A DNA stretch of 64,000 bases, taken from assembly GCA_965153455.1 (NCBI GenBank), contig OZ234494.1:12462001-12526000 (forward strand). The letters run 5' to 3'. Positions within the stretch are counted from its first letter, which is position 1; every line of letters begins with the position of its first letter. Made by a program: the position numbers and the translations under genes. The stretch comes from Sphagnum compactum. Its lineage: Eukaryota. Under the pieces are notes generated by a model, which did not search any database, was not told the DNA's origin, and saw nothing but the letters and a program-made list of their open reading frames with translations. Shown in pieces: positions 1 to 13,062 of the stretch.

Positions 1-3000
1 GTTTTACTTCTTGCACGCAAAGTGAAAGATAAGAAGACAAAGCTTCAGAAGGTGATGAAAGAGGTGGCATGGATACTTACCATGGTTGCATTGGCAGCAA
101 GTGCAGTTGGAGCACTATTGGGTTTACTCAAGCACATGCATTGGCAAGATGTTTTACTTTCAGGTTTAAGCTTGGCATTTGCTACAATACCTGAAGAACT
201 CCCAATCCTCATTGCTGCTGTTTTGGCTGTTGGGGGTCAAAAACTGTCCTTGAAAGGAATGTATGTGAAGCATCTACGTGCAGCTGAGAATCTGGGTTTT
301 GTGGACACTGTACTCACTGATAAAACAGGAACGCTCACAGAAAACCAATTGCTCCTCTATTCAGGGCATGTAGCCACGGGTGTCCTGTCTGTTGATGAGA
401 TGAAGAAGGGGGGATTTGTCATGATTGATAGGCATAATTCTTCAGATTTTGCACCATTGTTTGTGGCATGGCTCTTCATGTCAGAGATAGGTGAGGAACT
501 CAAAGATGAGGGTCAGGATATTGAGATAACTGGTACTCTTGCTAAGGAACAGGAGCTAGGACCTTTTACAGAGCCACAGGCTGATGATGTTCATTTGGAG
601 ATACTCCCTTTGACGGACTCCATTGAACTCTCAGCAACTGAGGGTCCTGCCTCTTCAACTGTTGGCAATGTTTCATGTGAGTCTTCAGTCCTGTAGCTCT
701 GCAAGCTGGAAGATTACTTTGATCGCTCTGCATTGGTTTGTATTGCATGATTTTGACTGATGAATTGTGGACCACTGAGCTCTAGATTCCTGACGTATCA
801 TGTATCAAAGGCAGCCTTTTTTTCCTACATCTTCTTATGGATGATTGCCACATAAAAAAAATCCTAACAAAAGCACTGATCACAGCTGTACTTGGAGATG
901 TTTTCGATCATGCTGTGCTAGCTGGCTTGGGTGCTAGACTTCAGCAAGGTCGGTCTCGATTCAAATGTGCTATCACTGCTGAAGATACACACATCCAACA
1001 ACACCTCAGAAGCATACACAGTGTCAGAGCAGGAGCCAAGCTTCTGTTGGAGTCTCCATTTGATCCCACTCTCAAGTTTGCTTCCAGGATATTTCAAATT
1101 CATACAGCAGAACGGAAGATGTTTGTGAAAGGAGCTCCAGAGCTTCTTCTTAAGCATTGCTCCTTTTTGCTGCAAGATGGGTGCACTGTCCCAGTTGGTG
1201 CTTTTAGGAAACTGTTGGAGGACCAGGTCAGTGAAGCAGCATCTAGAGGTTAGTTCCATCTGGATCCACAAATTCAATTTTTGTTGAAACATGAAACAAA
1301 GTTGGCATTGTGAATATGTGTTCACTCGCCATGAATGCATTTGTTTCATGTTGTAGTGAGTTGGATGTATTACTTGTCTGGACTTTGTAACAAAAAGTAT
1401 ACACTATTGGAATTTGAATGTGGCTCGACATAACACACTCAGTGAGTTGTCAATGTTGGAACCTTACCTGAAACACTAGTCTTGTTTTCTTGTGTTTTTC
1501 CAGGCCTTCGACTGATTGGCTATGCACACAAGGACCTACCATCTGCTGAGGAGTTTGCTACCAATTCAAATGAAGATGGTGGATCATATGCTGTTCTCAA
1601 AGGCACAGTGTTCCTTGGATTCCTAGGCTTTCAGGATCCTGTGAAATATGGAGTGGCCAAGGCTGTGAAGACATGTCAAGAGGCTGGGGTGAGGGTGATC
1701 ATGGTGACTGGGGACCATGTCAAGACAGCATTGGCTGTGGCAACATCCGTTGGAATCTTGAGTGCCCAGGAGTATGAAGCAAATTGCAATACAGGAGCTG
1801 TTTCTTGCACAGACATTCAACTTGTGGGCATGGTAGCAGAGGACACTAGGATATTGTTGGACACTACAAGTGTTTTTGCTCGAGCAACTGCTGCTGACAA
1901 GCTCACAATACTGGAAGCTCTTCAGGCGTCTAAAAAGTGTGTGTTGGTGACTGGTGATGGTATGTTTACCCTCTCTGTATACATATGCCTATTTGTTATG
2001 GCTCAAATGCTCAAATTTTGCTCCCAACAAGTGCAATCCTCCATCCTGAAAAAATGTGTTTGGATACTCAGGTATCAATGATGCTCCCATTTTATCAAAG
2101 GCAGATGTCGGTGTGGCAATGGGAAAGGGCACAGATGTCGCAAGAGAAGCTGCATCAATTGTAATTGTTGATGACAATTTTGCAATGGTGCCATATGCAC
2201 TGGCTGAGGGACGGCGCCTACTTGACAATCTACGGAAGGCTTTGGCCTTTTACCTTGGGGTGAAGCTAGGTCTCATCTGTCTCTTCATTGTTGGAACCCT
2301 CTGGCAGAGGTACGATTCAGAACTAGTCCTGGGTAACAGGACCACTCTGCAAGGAACCTCATTATGTAGGAGGCCCTCATGGAGCATATGAAGATTTCTC
2401 AGCCTCAGTAGCTCTATAGTTTGAGTGCAGACAACTCTGCTGACATTGGTCTTGGTTTCTAGACTCAATATTCTGGTGATGTCTCTAAAAGCTCAACCAC
2501 AAACTGTAACCATCAAAACAGTGAAAATCAACCTTAACTAGAAGTTATAAAAGACACATTCTATATGTGCACTGGGTCCCAAAATGATCTGAGAAAAGAT
2601 GCAAACACATAATTGAACTGAAAGTACAGGATCCATATCTTTTTGTATGATGGTTGAGGAGGTGCCAGATAGAAATGTTGCTCAAGGGTTCTACTCCAGT
2701 CTTGTTCACCTCTGGGTGAATTTTGTTTGTGTGTGGAACAGTTTTCCACTCAGTGCCATCCAAATTATTGTGCTGGAGCTCTTCATGGACCTGGGGGCAA
2801 GTACATCATTCGTCATGGAATCAGCAGACTCTGACATTATGAGGAGACAACCTCGACACCACTCTCAACAATTTTTTGATGCTCAGATGATGGGGGGCAT
2901 CCTGGTCTCTGCTGCATCCATAATATTTGTGGTCCTTTCCAGCTTCAGTTATGGAATTTATCACAACCCAAATACTGGGCAAACTAGTGCATTTCTTGCC

Positions 3001-3333
3001 TGGCTCTTTTCCCATGTGTTGCTTGCAATTAACATGAGGACCATCCGTGAGCCTCTGCTTAAGAAGGGCCCATTTTCAAATGTGGGTATGCTCATCTGGC
3101 TAGTGGCAGCTGCCAGTCTTGGTGTGCTTATTGCTATCCTTGGTTCAGTAAGGATGTATCTGAAGCTCGTTCCTTTGCCTCTACATCAGTGGCTTGTAAT
3201 TATAGCTTTCAGTGTTGTTGGCACATTTTGGGTGGAGTTGGTGAAGATACTGAAGCATCTAATGATATCACAAACTGCAGACTTTCAAGTGGGGGAAAAG
3301 CAAGAGGAGGAAATGCAGTTTTTGGCTTCCTAG
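1..3333 (+). CDS. P-type (P2-like) cation-transporting ATPase, 5' end outside window; exons <1-676, 886-1248, 1504-1959, 2072-2309, 2742-3333 (774 aa visible)
   Basis: M4 motif ATIPEELP, phosphorylation motif [15 protein letters not shown]-domain KGAPE, DP, MVTGD, hinge TGDG|INDAP joined across an intron, and six C-terminal hydrophobic helices. All introns are GT-AG and phase-compatible (2325 nt, ends TAG). Confidence 0.93.
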
Positions 3334-6300
3334 GGAATTGGTTCAATGTTACGCCACATTTGCAGGAACCATGTTTTCCATTTCAAGTTTTTTAACATCT
3401 GTGGTTTCACTATCATTTCATGCTCGAACCTATGCCAAATATTTGTTCATGTATGTATTCAAAAGACTGATTGAAATGCTGGAGGCATTAAGTAGGCAGC
3501 TAAACAGCAAAGCTGTGCATCACTTCCTCTAGTGTTTAACCCCCAATGTCTTGGGTCAGTGTGACCCAACAGCCACAAGTACACCATCTGTTAGAAGCTT
3601 GTTACGACTAAAGTTGTGGATGAAACCCAACTGAGATGATGTCAGGTTTCACCTCGGTAATCTATCCTGTAAAGGACAGGTCCAATAAGTAGGTAGGTAG
3701 ATAGGATAACAGGTGGCTATGAGGTAAGTAGATGCATCAGAAAAATGAACTTAAACCATATGAACGTCTTGTGGATGAATTTGTTATATCTTTGATTCAT
3801 CCTTTCTTATTTGCATGATGATTTCATGATGGTTAGGTGCATTTTTCTGATGTCATTTGCATTGTGTCATGGATTTCAGAAGTAACCTTGAACACCATTT
3901 AATCATAAGTGAACCCATCTTATTTTGACCATTTGAACTGATGCTTCTAATTGGTAGAGTAGGGCACATTGGCATCCCAAAGAAGCAAACATTATAGGAT
4001 TCCAATAGAAGAGATATGACATTCCTTGCACCATGTACACTTGGGTGGCACAATATGGAAAGTAGTAATGCTTTCATAGGGGAAGAGTTATAGGGTGTTA
4101 TGCATGTCCAAGTAGCACAAAAAGTTGCAGTGTAGTTCAATTATGAAGGTTGAACCACATGAAAACATGCATTCTAGATCATGGAAAAAATCAATCTTGA
4201 ATTCTTTGCCTGGTGGAACTTGCTTAACTTACCGGAACTGTGACTGCCCAAGAAGGATTTCAAAAAAGAGGAATAAAAAATGCTGCCCGAAATGGGAAGT
4301 CGAGAGGGGTCTAGTTTGGACCTTTGCCATTGTTTGTAGTTGAGGTTGCATTAGATCTATGGAGGTTGAAATACGAATGTTCAAGTCATGTATAGTGAAA
4401 TTCACATCTTACGGCACTTCAAAATGTTACCATGGTGGTGCATCTTATCTTCATTTTGATTGGAAAAAACATCAACAAAACCCCCAAATGAGAGTCCATT
4501 CACAAATTTGAAAGTGCGTTATAAAAAAAAAGTACCATTAAATAGGCAATCTTGGAAGTTTGGGTTTAAGTTTGTTGAAAATGCTTTTGTAATTTCTTCT
4601 TTTATAAAAGTAAAAAATCAAATATTTGATGGAAATTGTGATAAATTTGCATAAAAAACTTAGTGTCTATAACAAGTGTAGAAAAAATATTTATATAGAA
4701 AACGAAATAGTAACCTGTTGCCAAAAATATTGAACATTACATCCTAAAAAGAATCCATAACATGGGATTATTGACAACAGGTATCCATGACTATCCAAAT
4801 AACTTGTCACTGAATTCATGTCCAATATTTGTGGTATAATAATGTTATCTGTAAAGTCAGGCAATTGGGGGGCAGGAACGGCCAGTTTCGGCATAATAGA
4901 GCATCACTGGGAATGAAATTTTAAAGAACAAAATAAATGGGACCCAAGCTAGTTTTTCCACCAATTTTGGTATTACACTGGGTTTCATCCCCTCTTGCCT
5001 TTTTCCTGAGCGCCTCCAGTGCGGCTACATATATAATTACTGCTCCTACTTGTACAACTACTATAATTACTCTCGAACCTTGTGCATTACATGCTGACTT
5101 TCAGCATTTCATACTAAGATTTAATAAAATTTCCTTACTTTGCAGAGACCACTGAAAGAGGGGATAGGGAAAGAGAGGGTGAATTTCCAGCTAACTTTAA
5201 TGGTGACTTCCAAAATTTCAATACTATTTAAGCATTTGGATTTATAACTACCAAACATCTTCGTAGTAGGATACAAAGAGAGAGCCAATAAAGAAAATGA
5301 AAAAAAAGTTTACAGAATTCACTAATATTCCAATCTATTGGAAATTGAGTGAGGGTTATGGTGCCCAAAAGAGGATCTCTACCTCTTGTCATCCACATTC
5401 CCAGTCCATACTTGCTCTCTTGGAATTTAATGCAAAACGATACAATCATAAATGGTTCTAGAAAAGCTGGCATTGGTCCATAACATAATGGGAACTGGCT
5501 GTCTGGGTTTTTCTCCCCTCCCCACCTGTGTCCTATTGCCCTATCTATGGTGCAACAATTGCTTGTCACACACTAGATATTGAGGTTCTAATCTCACATT
5601 TGTTCATGGCTATGTGAATGAGCCTTACTAATTAGCACCATCATCAACAGCATATATAAAATGGTACAAATATTCTGCAAAAGAAAAAAAAGTGCTGTCA
5701 GGTTGCAGATTACCACGAAATTGCACATGGCATCCCAAGTGAACAATTTATGAGGTTTTTGGAGATGTCCCACGATAGAGCATCCTGCACACAAACTAAA
5801 ACTAGTCAAACTTCCATCACACATAAGGAAAAGCTCAAAGCCTAGAAAAAAACTCAGAAGTATGTCATTCGTTTTTCTCACATTGATTCTTCATAGTACA
5901 AAGGATGTGGTTGGTTCAAATTCTGCACTGGAAAAAAAGGGTGATCCTCTGTGTTGGTGGGAAAGTGTTGCTATGTCCTGCAAAAGCATACCAAAGGTGG
6001 AAGATTCCACCTCTACATCTACACACAACACCTTACTGATCCTACATTATTTCCTGAAAACTCTTTTTCTCTGCGACTAACACTGAATCTACAGCTGACT
6101 ACAAATCTGTACTTTCCAGAAACTAACTTTTTTGCTAATTATCACTAAGTGATCACTCTATAAAGGAATATTGCAACTGAAAAGATTGGCAGCAACAATT
6201 TACCATAAGTGTGAATTTGCATGAGGCACACTTGTCCTAGACAGCTCCTTTTCAACCAGTAACCCACCTCTTCAGGAATTGTTGAGTTGGTGCGTTCCAT

Positions 6301-6468
6301 CCATGAATCAAGACTTAAATTTGGTCCCCCACTTGTCACCCCAAGCATGTAAGACAAAAGATTATTTGAAATCCATCCAGGAGTTCCATTACAGTTGAAC
6401 ACTTGCTATCTAGTTGTGAAGTACTTGCTCAAAGAGAGCAGAACTCCTGCACCACACAGCAAACTGCT

Positions 6469-9400
6469 TCATCCCAGTGACCCTCTACTCCTACTGCTGA
6501 TTGTCAATGATGGCCAGCGGAATGAATGATCATTTGCTGATGCCAAAGGCCCAAAGCGGAGCTTATTTACATCTTCAAGCTTCCGTTTTGACTCTGAAGG
6601 CAAACTCGCAAAGCAAGTGTAACAATAACAATTGCTGTCAAGGCCACACTGCCCTCGAGCCCCATGTGGTGAAATACGGGTGTGCTTCACACAAAACACT
6701 CGTTGGCATTCTCGGCAGTAGTGGTTGTTGAATTTCATCCACCAATCTTGGACAGAATGCCACCGATCAAACCTTGTCTTGCACCCATCATGATTACATC
6801 TGCATTTCCACCTTTTCATGTCAAGTTATGGCAAGGGAAAAAGTGCAACATTCACTGACATAATGCAGGCATGTTCAATAAGTTGCTAATGATCTTCCAA
6901 CTAGCAGCATCTCCCCAGCAGAATATTTTACTCACAGGTGTAGCAAAAACTTTATGATACCTGCAAAAAGTTGCAACCTTGTAGAGCTAAAGCAAAAACA
7001 TCGCTTATTTCAATACATTAGGAGTCTAAGTAATGCCAACACCCCTCACCTTGAATCCTAAGCCTGGCCTTCAGCATGAACAAAACACTCCCAGTACCTC
7101 AAATACTGAAACCCTTTCAGTAGCCCATTGCCTAAACCAAACTGAGAGGTTCTCACCTGTGCTTACTCCACCTGATGGGAGCAGGTTCCTCCAGTTGAGG
7201 AGAAGTGGGTGCTGCACCTGATTTTTGATCTATTTCATCATCTGTTTCTGTCCCCAGCTCAGTCTGGCTTGGAGAGCTCCCCCTCATCTCAGTGGGTGTT
7301 AGACTTGGGAAGGAGGCATTGACCCCATTAAGAGAATCAGCACTTGAACTGTGGCGGATTGGTAGCTTTCTGCTATATTCCAGTTCTGAAGAAGTCAGAG
7401 GAACCAAAGACTGCACCCGTTTGGGGTCTAACAATGGCTGTTGTAAGCCAATTGTTGATTGAACTCCAGTCCTAGAAATAGTCCATATTTTCTCTTGTAC
7501 ATACCTCCAGCTTTCCCAAGCCATTACAAGGGAACGGGCAAGTGTCCTCAACCATAGATAGTCACTTTCTATGGCTTGGCACAATATCATCCACATTTTC
7601 TTTTTCAATAGAACCCAAGCTGCAGAGGTGACATCAAAAAAAAGTGCATGCCTTGAAAGGACTGCAACCAGCAAAAAAATTGTAGAATTCTGCCAAGTGA
7701 ATGTGCTATTGTTTTCATTGTCCGGGATATGCTGTTCATCCTGAGGTTTTGCCACACAGTCAGCCTCCTGTGGTTGAGGAGGCTGGAGAGTGAGTCCAAC
7801 TGTGTCAGAGGGTGCATGCACTGGGGATGCCAACAACTGATTCTCACCTGCAATGCATCCATCTGTTGAAATCCATTTTGATGGTCCATGACCACCCCAA
7901 CTTTGTACTCTGTAGGAGAAGGTCTTTCCTGGGATGAGGGATCCTGTGTCCAAAAATGAATTTTCCTGCGTATCAGCAACTTGGATCCATGTCGAAGAAG
8001 ACATGTTCCATCGCTGAACTAGGTATTTATGCAAAGGAGGGGACCCACGAACAGGTGGAACCTCCCAGTTCAATTGTATACCACCACAGTTTGATGGAGT
8101 GCACATCAACCCGAGAGGGGACCCTGGTGTGGCACCAATTCCAAACACCTGGTGTACTATAGCACGAGTGATCTTGGTGCGGTGAAAAAGGCTATTTACC
8201 CCAAGTTCCTCAGTCAATGCCCTGCTCTCATTCTCAATGAGTGCTGGGAAATCCAGCCCCATGATTGCATTCTGACGGAATGCTTCAGCATATTGAGGGA
8301 GTTGGAGTCCATGCATGACCCAATCTACCACATGATTGGCTGTCATCATATTTTGCAAGTGATCCTGACAAAGAATAAACATCAAGTTCAGTATTGAACT
8401 TTCATAACAATGGACAAGACAATTTATACACATTAGCATACTTTGGTCTGTAAATATGGGACCTTGACAGAATGTATTAGCTGCATATAGGAGAGAACTT
8501 TCAGAGAAAGTGATGCTTGTTGCACACTGGTAACCAATGTGGCCATTTTCGCGAAAGCACTTAAATGCCCCATTCAGCAGACCAACTGAACCTCAAATCA
8601 AGTTTTTAGTTACTCACATCCATCAACATGTTGGCATCCAAACTAATGCCTACATTTGTGGATTCAGACAGCACCCACTTCCAAAAAGTGCTGTGTGTCT
8701 AGCATGAGAGAAGGGCTTTGAATTCACTTCTCTGCACCCAGAGAATGATAGGCATTGCCTACATTTAGGTTTCAAGTTGAGGGAATGTAACATGAATTGG
8801 TTGATGTTACAAAATCTTCATAAGTATTGAGAACTTCTCCACACCAACAAATTCAGTCAAGCTGAATTGACGGCTGACCCCATAACAAGGCCATAGAGAT
8901 TTCCAATCCCCAAAAAGGACATGGTACAGAACTGGGATGATGCCACAGATTTGAGAACATTCCAAACTTAATCACACTGATAGATGAGCCAACAACAAGG
9001 TTATAAAGGTTTCAGATCCCCAATATGGGGAAACTCTTTAGTTTGCTGACTGGGAGTAACTGAATGGCTGAGCACAACATAGGGCTACTGTATCCCTTCA
9101 AAGGCGGTTACTCTCTAACTGCTATAACAGGGTAACATGGGTGGGCTATAGAAAGTAACATCTAACATAGCCTTCAGGTGAATTGAACCCACAACCACTT
9201 CCACAGTGGTCATGAGTCCCAAACATGTGGGCTATTGGCTTGATGCTTTTCAGATATAAAATATCAACCAACAGGAAAATGAGGAGAGCTAACCCTAAGA
9301 CAGAGAAAAACTGAAACCAAGTGCAATTTGAACAGTAGTGCCAGTCACACACATTCAGTGACCTGAGAAAGAACATGCATGGTAGTGAGCAACTACCACA

Positions 9401-11326
9401 ATGTTCCCATTGAATTCATCAGCTCCAAGCTGAGGTGGAAGTGTAATGTAGGACTTTGTAACAGGTGGTTATTGTAAGGACAAAATGGGCTTTGAAAAGT
9501 TCCCCCTCAGAAGCCCTTAAAAACATTTTGAAGTTTCTGTAGGCAGAGTTATTAACAAACCTCTGGTGTGTTTGAACAGAACCCCTTAAGAGTAAGTTTC
9601 TCTTCTCAGAAGACTAATTTAGCCTGCCATCTGAGCTACAAGACCTATAAAACTGAATATTCAGGACCTATAAAATTGACCAGTCTAAATTTGATGAAAT
9701 ACTGGAATTGGCATGGGGCATACAAATTAGATACACACACGAAGAAAGAAAGTCTGGATGAACATGCCCGATTTTGGGCAAGCATGCCACAACTGCTGAA
9801 ATGCTGCTGTATATGACCCCTCCAAATTCAGATCTTAAAAAGACTAGAAACCAAGGAAACCCTTCTTTATAACATAAAATCTTCTGGTCAGATTGGCTAT
9901 TGAAATTTTCAGATGGGATCGGTACGAGCCATATGCTAGCTTGGCATAACACAATATGCCTGTACTCACTGTACTCACTCAACACAAACCCTTTCTCACA
10001 TAGCACCTTGTTACAAGTCAAGATAGAGGTCTTCGTAGCACAGAATGGACTAAATGTAATGAAATGATCCAAATAAGGTTTAAGCATTACCATCATTTCT
10101 TCAGATGAGATAGTGGTACCACCATAGCTGAAAGCCTCAAACTGATTTAATGTGAACAGATCACTTGATCCTTCCTTGGCTCCATTCCCATATTTTTCCA
10201 CCAATCTTGTGTTCAGGGATTTCAAAAACTGCAGGTTGAGAAATGTTTAGTGCCCACAACAGGCCATGAAAAGTAGCAACAACTCTTGTCATCCAACACA
10301 CTCCCTGAAAACATAGGCATCCTGTGTGAGCAGTGTCCTCCTACCCCTGCAGACTAGTGGGCATAGTTTTATGTCACCATGCAGACCTGGGAGACATTAG
10401 TCTCCCATGGTACTCAGAACAATTCTTACCAACTGGGACCCTCTGTAAACAAAAGCAAGAAAGACTTAAGTTATGCAAAGAAGTTTTGTGCAACAAGAGA
10501 AAGATCAAAAAATTACAAACTCCACCTACCTTAGTGGCTTCAACCCGTTCAATTTCACCATTACCATCCTGATCAACAGAGCAGAAGAAGCCCTCCAAAT
10601 TCCGTTGCAGTCCTGCATTTACCCCACATCAGGTCAACACCTAAAATAGGTCTAACAGCACCTGCAAAAAAAGAAAAATAACTCCAACCTAACATAAAAA
10701 CCAAGCTGCATAACCAGAGAAATTTGAAAGACCTAAGCATCAAAACCACATAAATAACAAGTTGTGCCACAAGGCAGTTCAAAATGAGTCACACTAGACC
10801 AAAGAGATGGCTGATTAACAAGCAGTCAGCATTCTGTGTTTGTTGAGCAACTTGCAAATGATTTCGAGCTGGAAGTGAGAAAAATCCACTTTTTCACATC
10901 TGATGACTCCATGTGAACATCATGATTGTGATGCTCTAGTTGCATTGCTCACAGGACACATCCTAGTCAGTCAATCTTCAACAGACAGCGGCAAGCATTT
11001 GGAGGTATTTGTACCCATTCTACCATTCAGGAGGCTGAAGAGCCAAAAGGAATGTTGCACGGAAACCCACCTTTGTGTCTATGGCTTGTTGCCTTCCCAA
11101 AGACAATCAATAATGTGGCAAACCAAAATAAGCAGAAAAACCTCCCATGAGGCCACTGGTCTGAGTGAAAGCTGCATCTGGTTCTGGAATGAGAAAGAGT
11201 AGGCCCAGTTTGTCTCATGTTGGTGTCTGCATGCTTCCCAATGGTCCATAATTGTCTGCGTAGTTGATGATTAGAAGCCCTTTGCCCTTCCATCAGCCAT
11301 CCTTCTCGTGATGAGTTCCTAACCAT
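6469..11326 (-). CDS. STIM-like EF-hand/SAM + FN3 + putative TM + FYVE-like zinc-finger protein; exons 11326-11071, 10612-10530, 10228-10091, 8364-7157, 6799-6469 (~671 aa, or ~635 aa if ATG 11218 is used)
   Basis: Hand-spliced GT-AG exons give an uninterrupted 2016-nt frame. N-terminal hydrophobic stretch FFCLFWFATLLIVFG, canonical EF loop DQDGNGEIERVE, SAM (VVDWVMHGLQLPQYAEAFRQ...HRTKI), FN3 (PGSP...IQLNWEVP...LIPGKTFSYRVQS), and Cys/His finger CNHDGC...HYCRECQRVFCVKH...CYCYTC. The start codon is uncertain. Confidence 0.85.
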
Positions 11327-12424
11327 TGAACCCTCAAAACACTTTCTCTGATCAAGATTCAGTGGCCATGACCATGACCATTTGAGAAAAAGCTTCAGGG
11401 GCCCCAATAAGTCCTGTCCTGCAAAATGAAAAATGGATTTAAAAGGTGAGCAGACCTAGAAAGCTATATTTAGGTGTAGTTCCCTAACAAGATAAGTGCA
11501 CCTAAGATCTGTTGCCCCACTAACAATTGCAAGCATACATCACCAATTTATTGCACTTGGTCACCTGGATGAGAGATCACACATGGAAAACCAAATGCAC
11601 CATAAGAGAAGTGCATGTGTTAGTGGACTCAAAAACTAGGTACTTGACAAAAAGTTAAATCCATACAAAACTCAGATATTCTGATGTAAAGATTCACAAT
11701 CTGAGTCAATGCAGAAAGTCTGCATTCAGAAGCAGTTACTTATCAAATGAAATTGGCAGAATGGTTTTGCAACCTCCTAAACTATAACAATGTTCTTGTA
11801 TAACCCATAGGCAAAGCACAACAGAAGCCACCAAACTGGATGTAAACCATTTGTGAAAGCAAACCAAAACTGGAGTTGTTACATTCTCCCAGAGACAATA
11901 TCAATGTGAGTGCAGACAGAATCTCCACAAGGTAACCAACATGTAAGGTAACCAAACAAATGCTGTGTCAGATCTGGCTAAACCAAAACAAGCACACCAA
12001 GAATGACTGTGGTGATCACCTTGTGAGTGTCAATCACAGAGTATCAGGCCATCACCTTCATCATGAATGGCAGTGACTAAGTGCTATTACACCCCCACTG
12101 ACTTCATCAGCTCCCTGACAGAGTGTGCAGTCAAGTAGACAATAATCTGTGCAAAACTAAGGGTGAAAAACCACACAAAACCCTGTGTCATAAGTTTCTA
12201 TCACATTTCCGAGCACCTCAACTGCATGAAGTTTGCAAACCATTACACATTTTTCTGGTTTTACCAGTTCACACAGACACTATGGGAAAGGATCCCTTAC
12301 ATTCTTTTCCTCGAGAACTTTAAAAACACCAGATTGCATGAAAGAACTGGAACTGCTCTCTTCAGTAGCATGAATCAGATATTACATTCAGAAGCTCACC
12401 CTTACTGATCTGCTGCTGTTAAAG

Positions 12425-13062
12425 AGGCAGTACTAGAGACAGATCTAGACAGGACTGACAGAAAAGGTTCAATATCAATGCTCCAAAGATGGGAGAAGAG
12501 GTGAAATGAGGAGATTAACCTGCCCCAAAAAAACAATGCCACAACCCTAATTTCCTGTGCAACCAAAACATTACAGAAGATCACAATTCACCTGTTTTTG
12601 CTGTGAGAATTGGAGGAAAAAATCAAGGAAATTGGAGATCAATCTGTTCTCTAAACCTGCTTACATATATTCACCATGGCATGGCACGACAACAAAGACT
12701 CGCAGACACCAACACACAACACACACACACAAAAGCCAAAACAGGCAGTACTAGAAACAGATTCCGACAGGAATGTCAGGAAAGACTGCAATATCAATGC
12801 TCCAAAGCTGGGAGAAGAAGAGATCAACCTGCCAAAAAAACTTGGCTGCAACCCTAATCCCCTGTGAAACCAGAACGTTACAGAAGATTACAATTCACAT
12901 GTTTCAGCTGTGAGAGTCGGAGGAGAAAATGAAGGCAGTTGGAGTTCAAGCTGTTCTCTAAAACTGTTTGCATGTACTCGCCATGGGCGTGGCAACAAAG
13001 ACTCTCAGACACAAACACAAACACACGCGCGCACACACACCTACACACACAAAAGCCAAAAC
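12425..13062. repeat. Diverged tandem duplication, 2 x ~318 bp (12425-12742, 12743-13062), upstream of the STIM-like CDS (probable 5'UTR intron)
   Basis: Both copies start AGGCAGTACTAGA, share CAATATCAATGCTCCAAAG and TTACAGAAGAT, and end ACACACACAAAAGCCAAAAC. Confidence 0.85.

Noticed and set aside
9668-10090. C-terminal part of the 185-aa minus ORF 9668-10225
   Set aside because: Only 10091-10228 is bounded by splice sites and fits the EF-SAM module; the rest is read-through into an intron.
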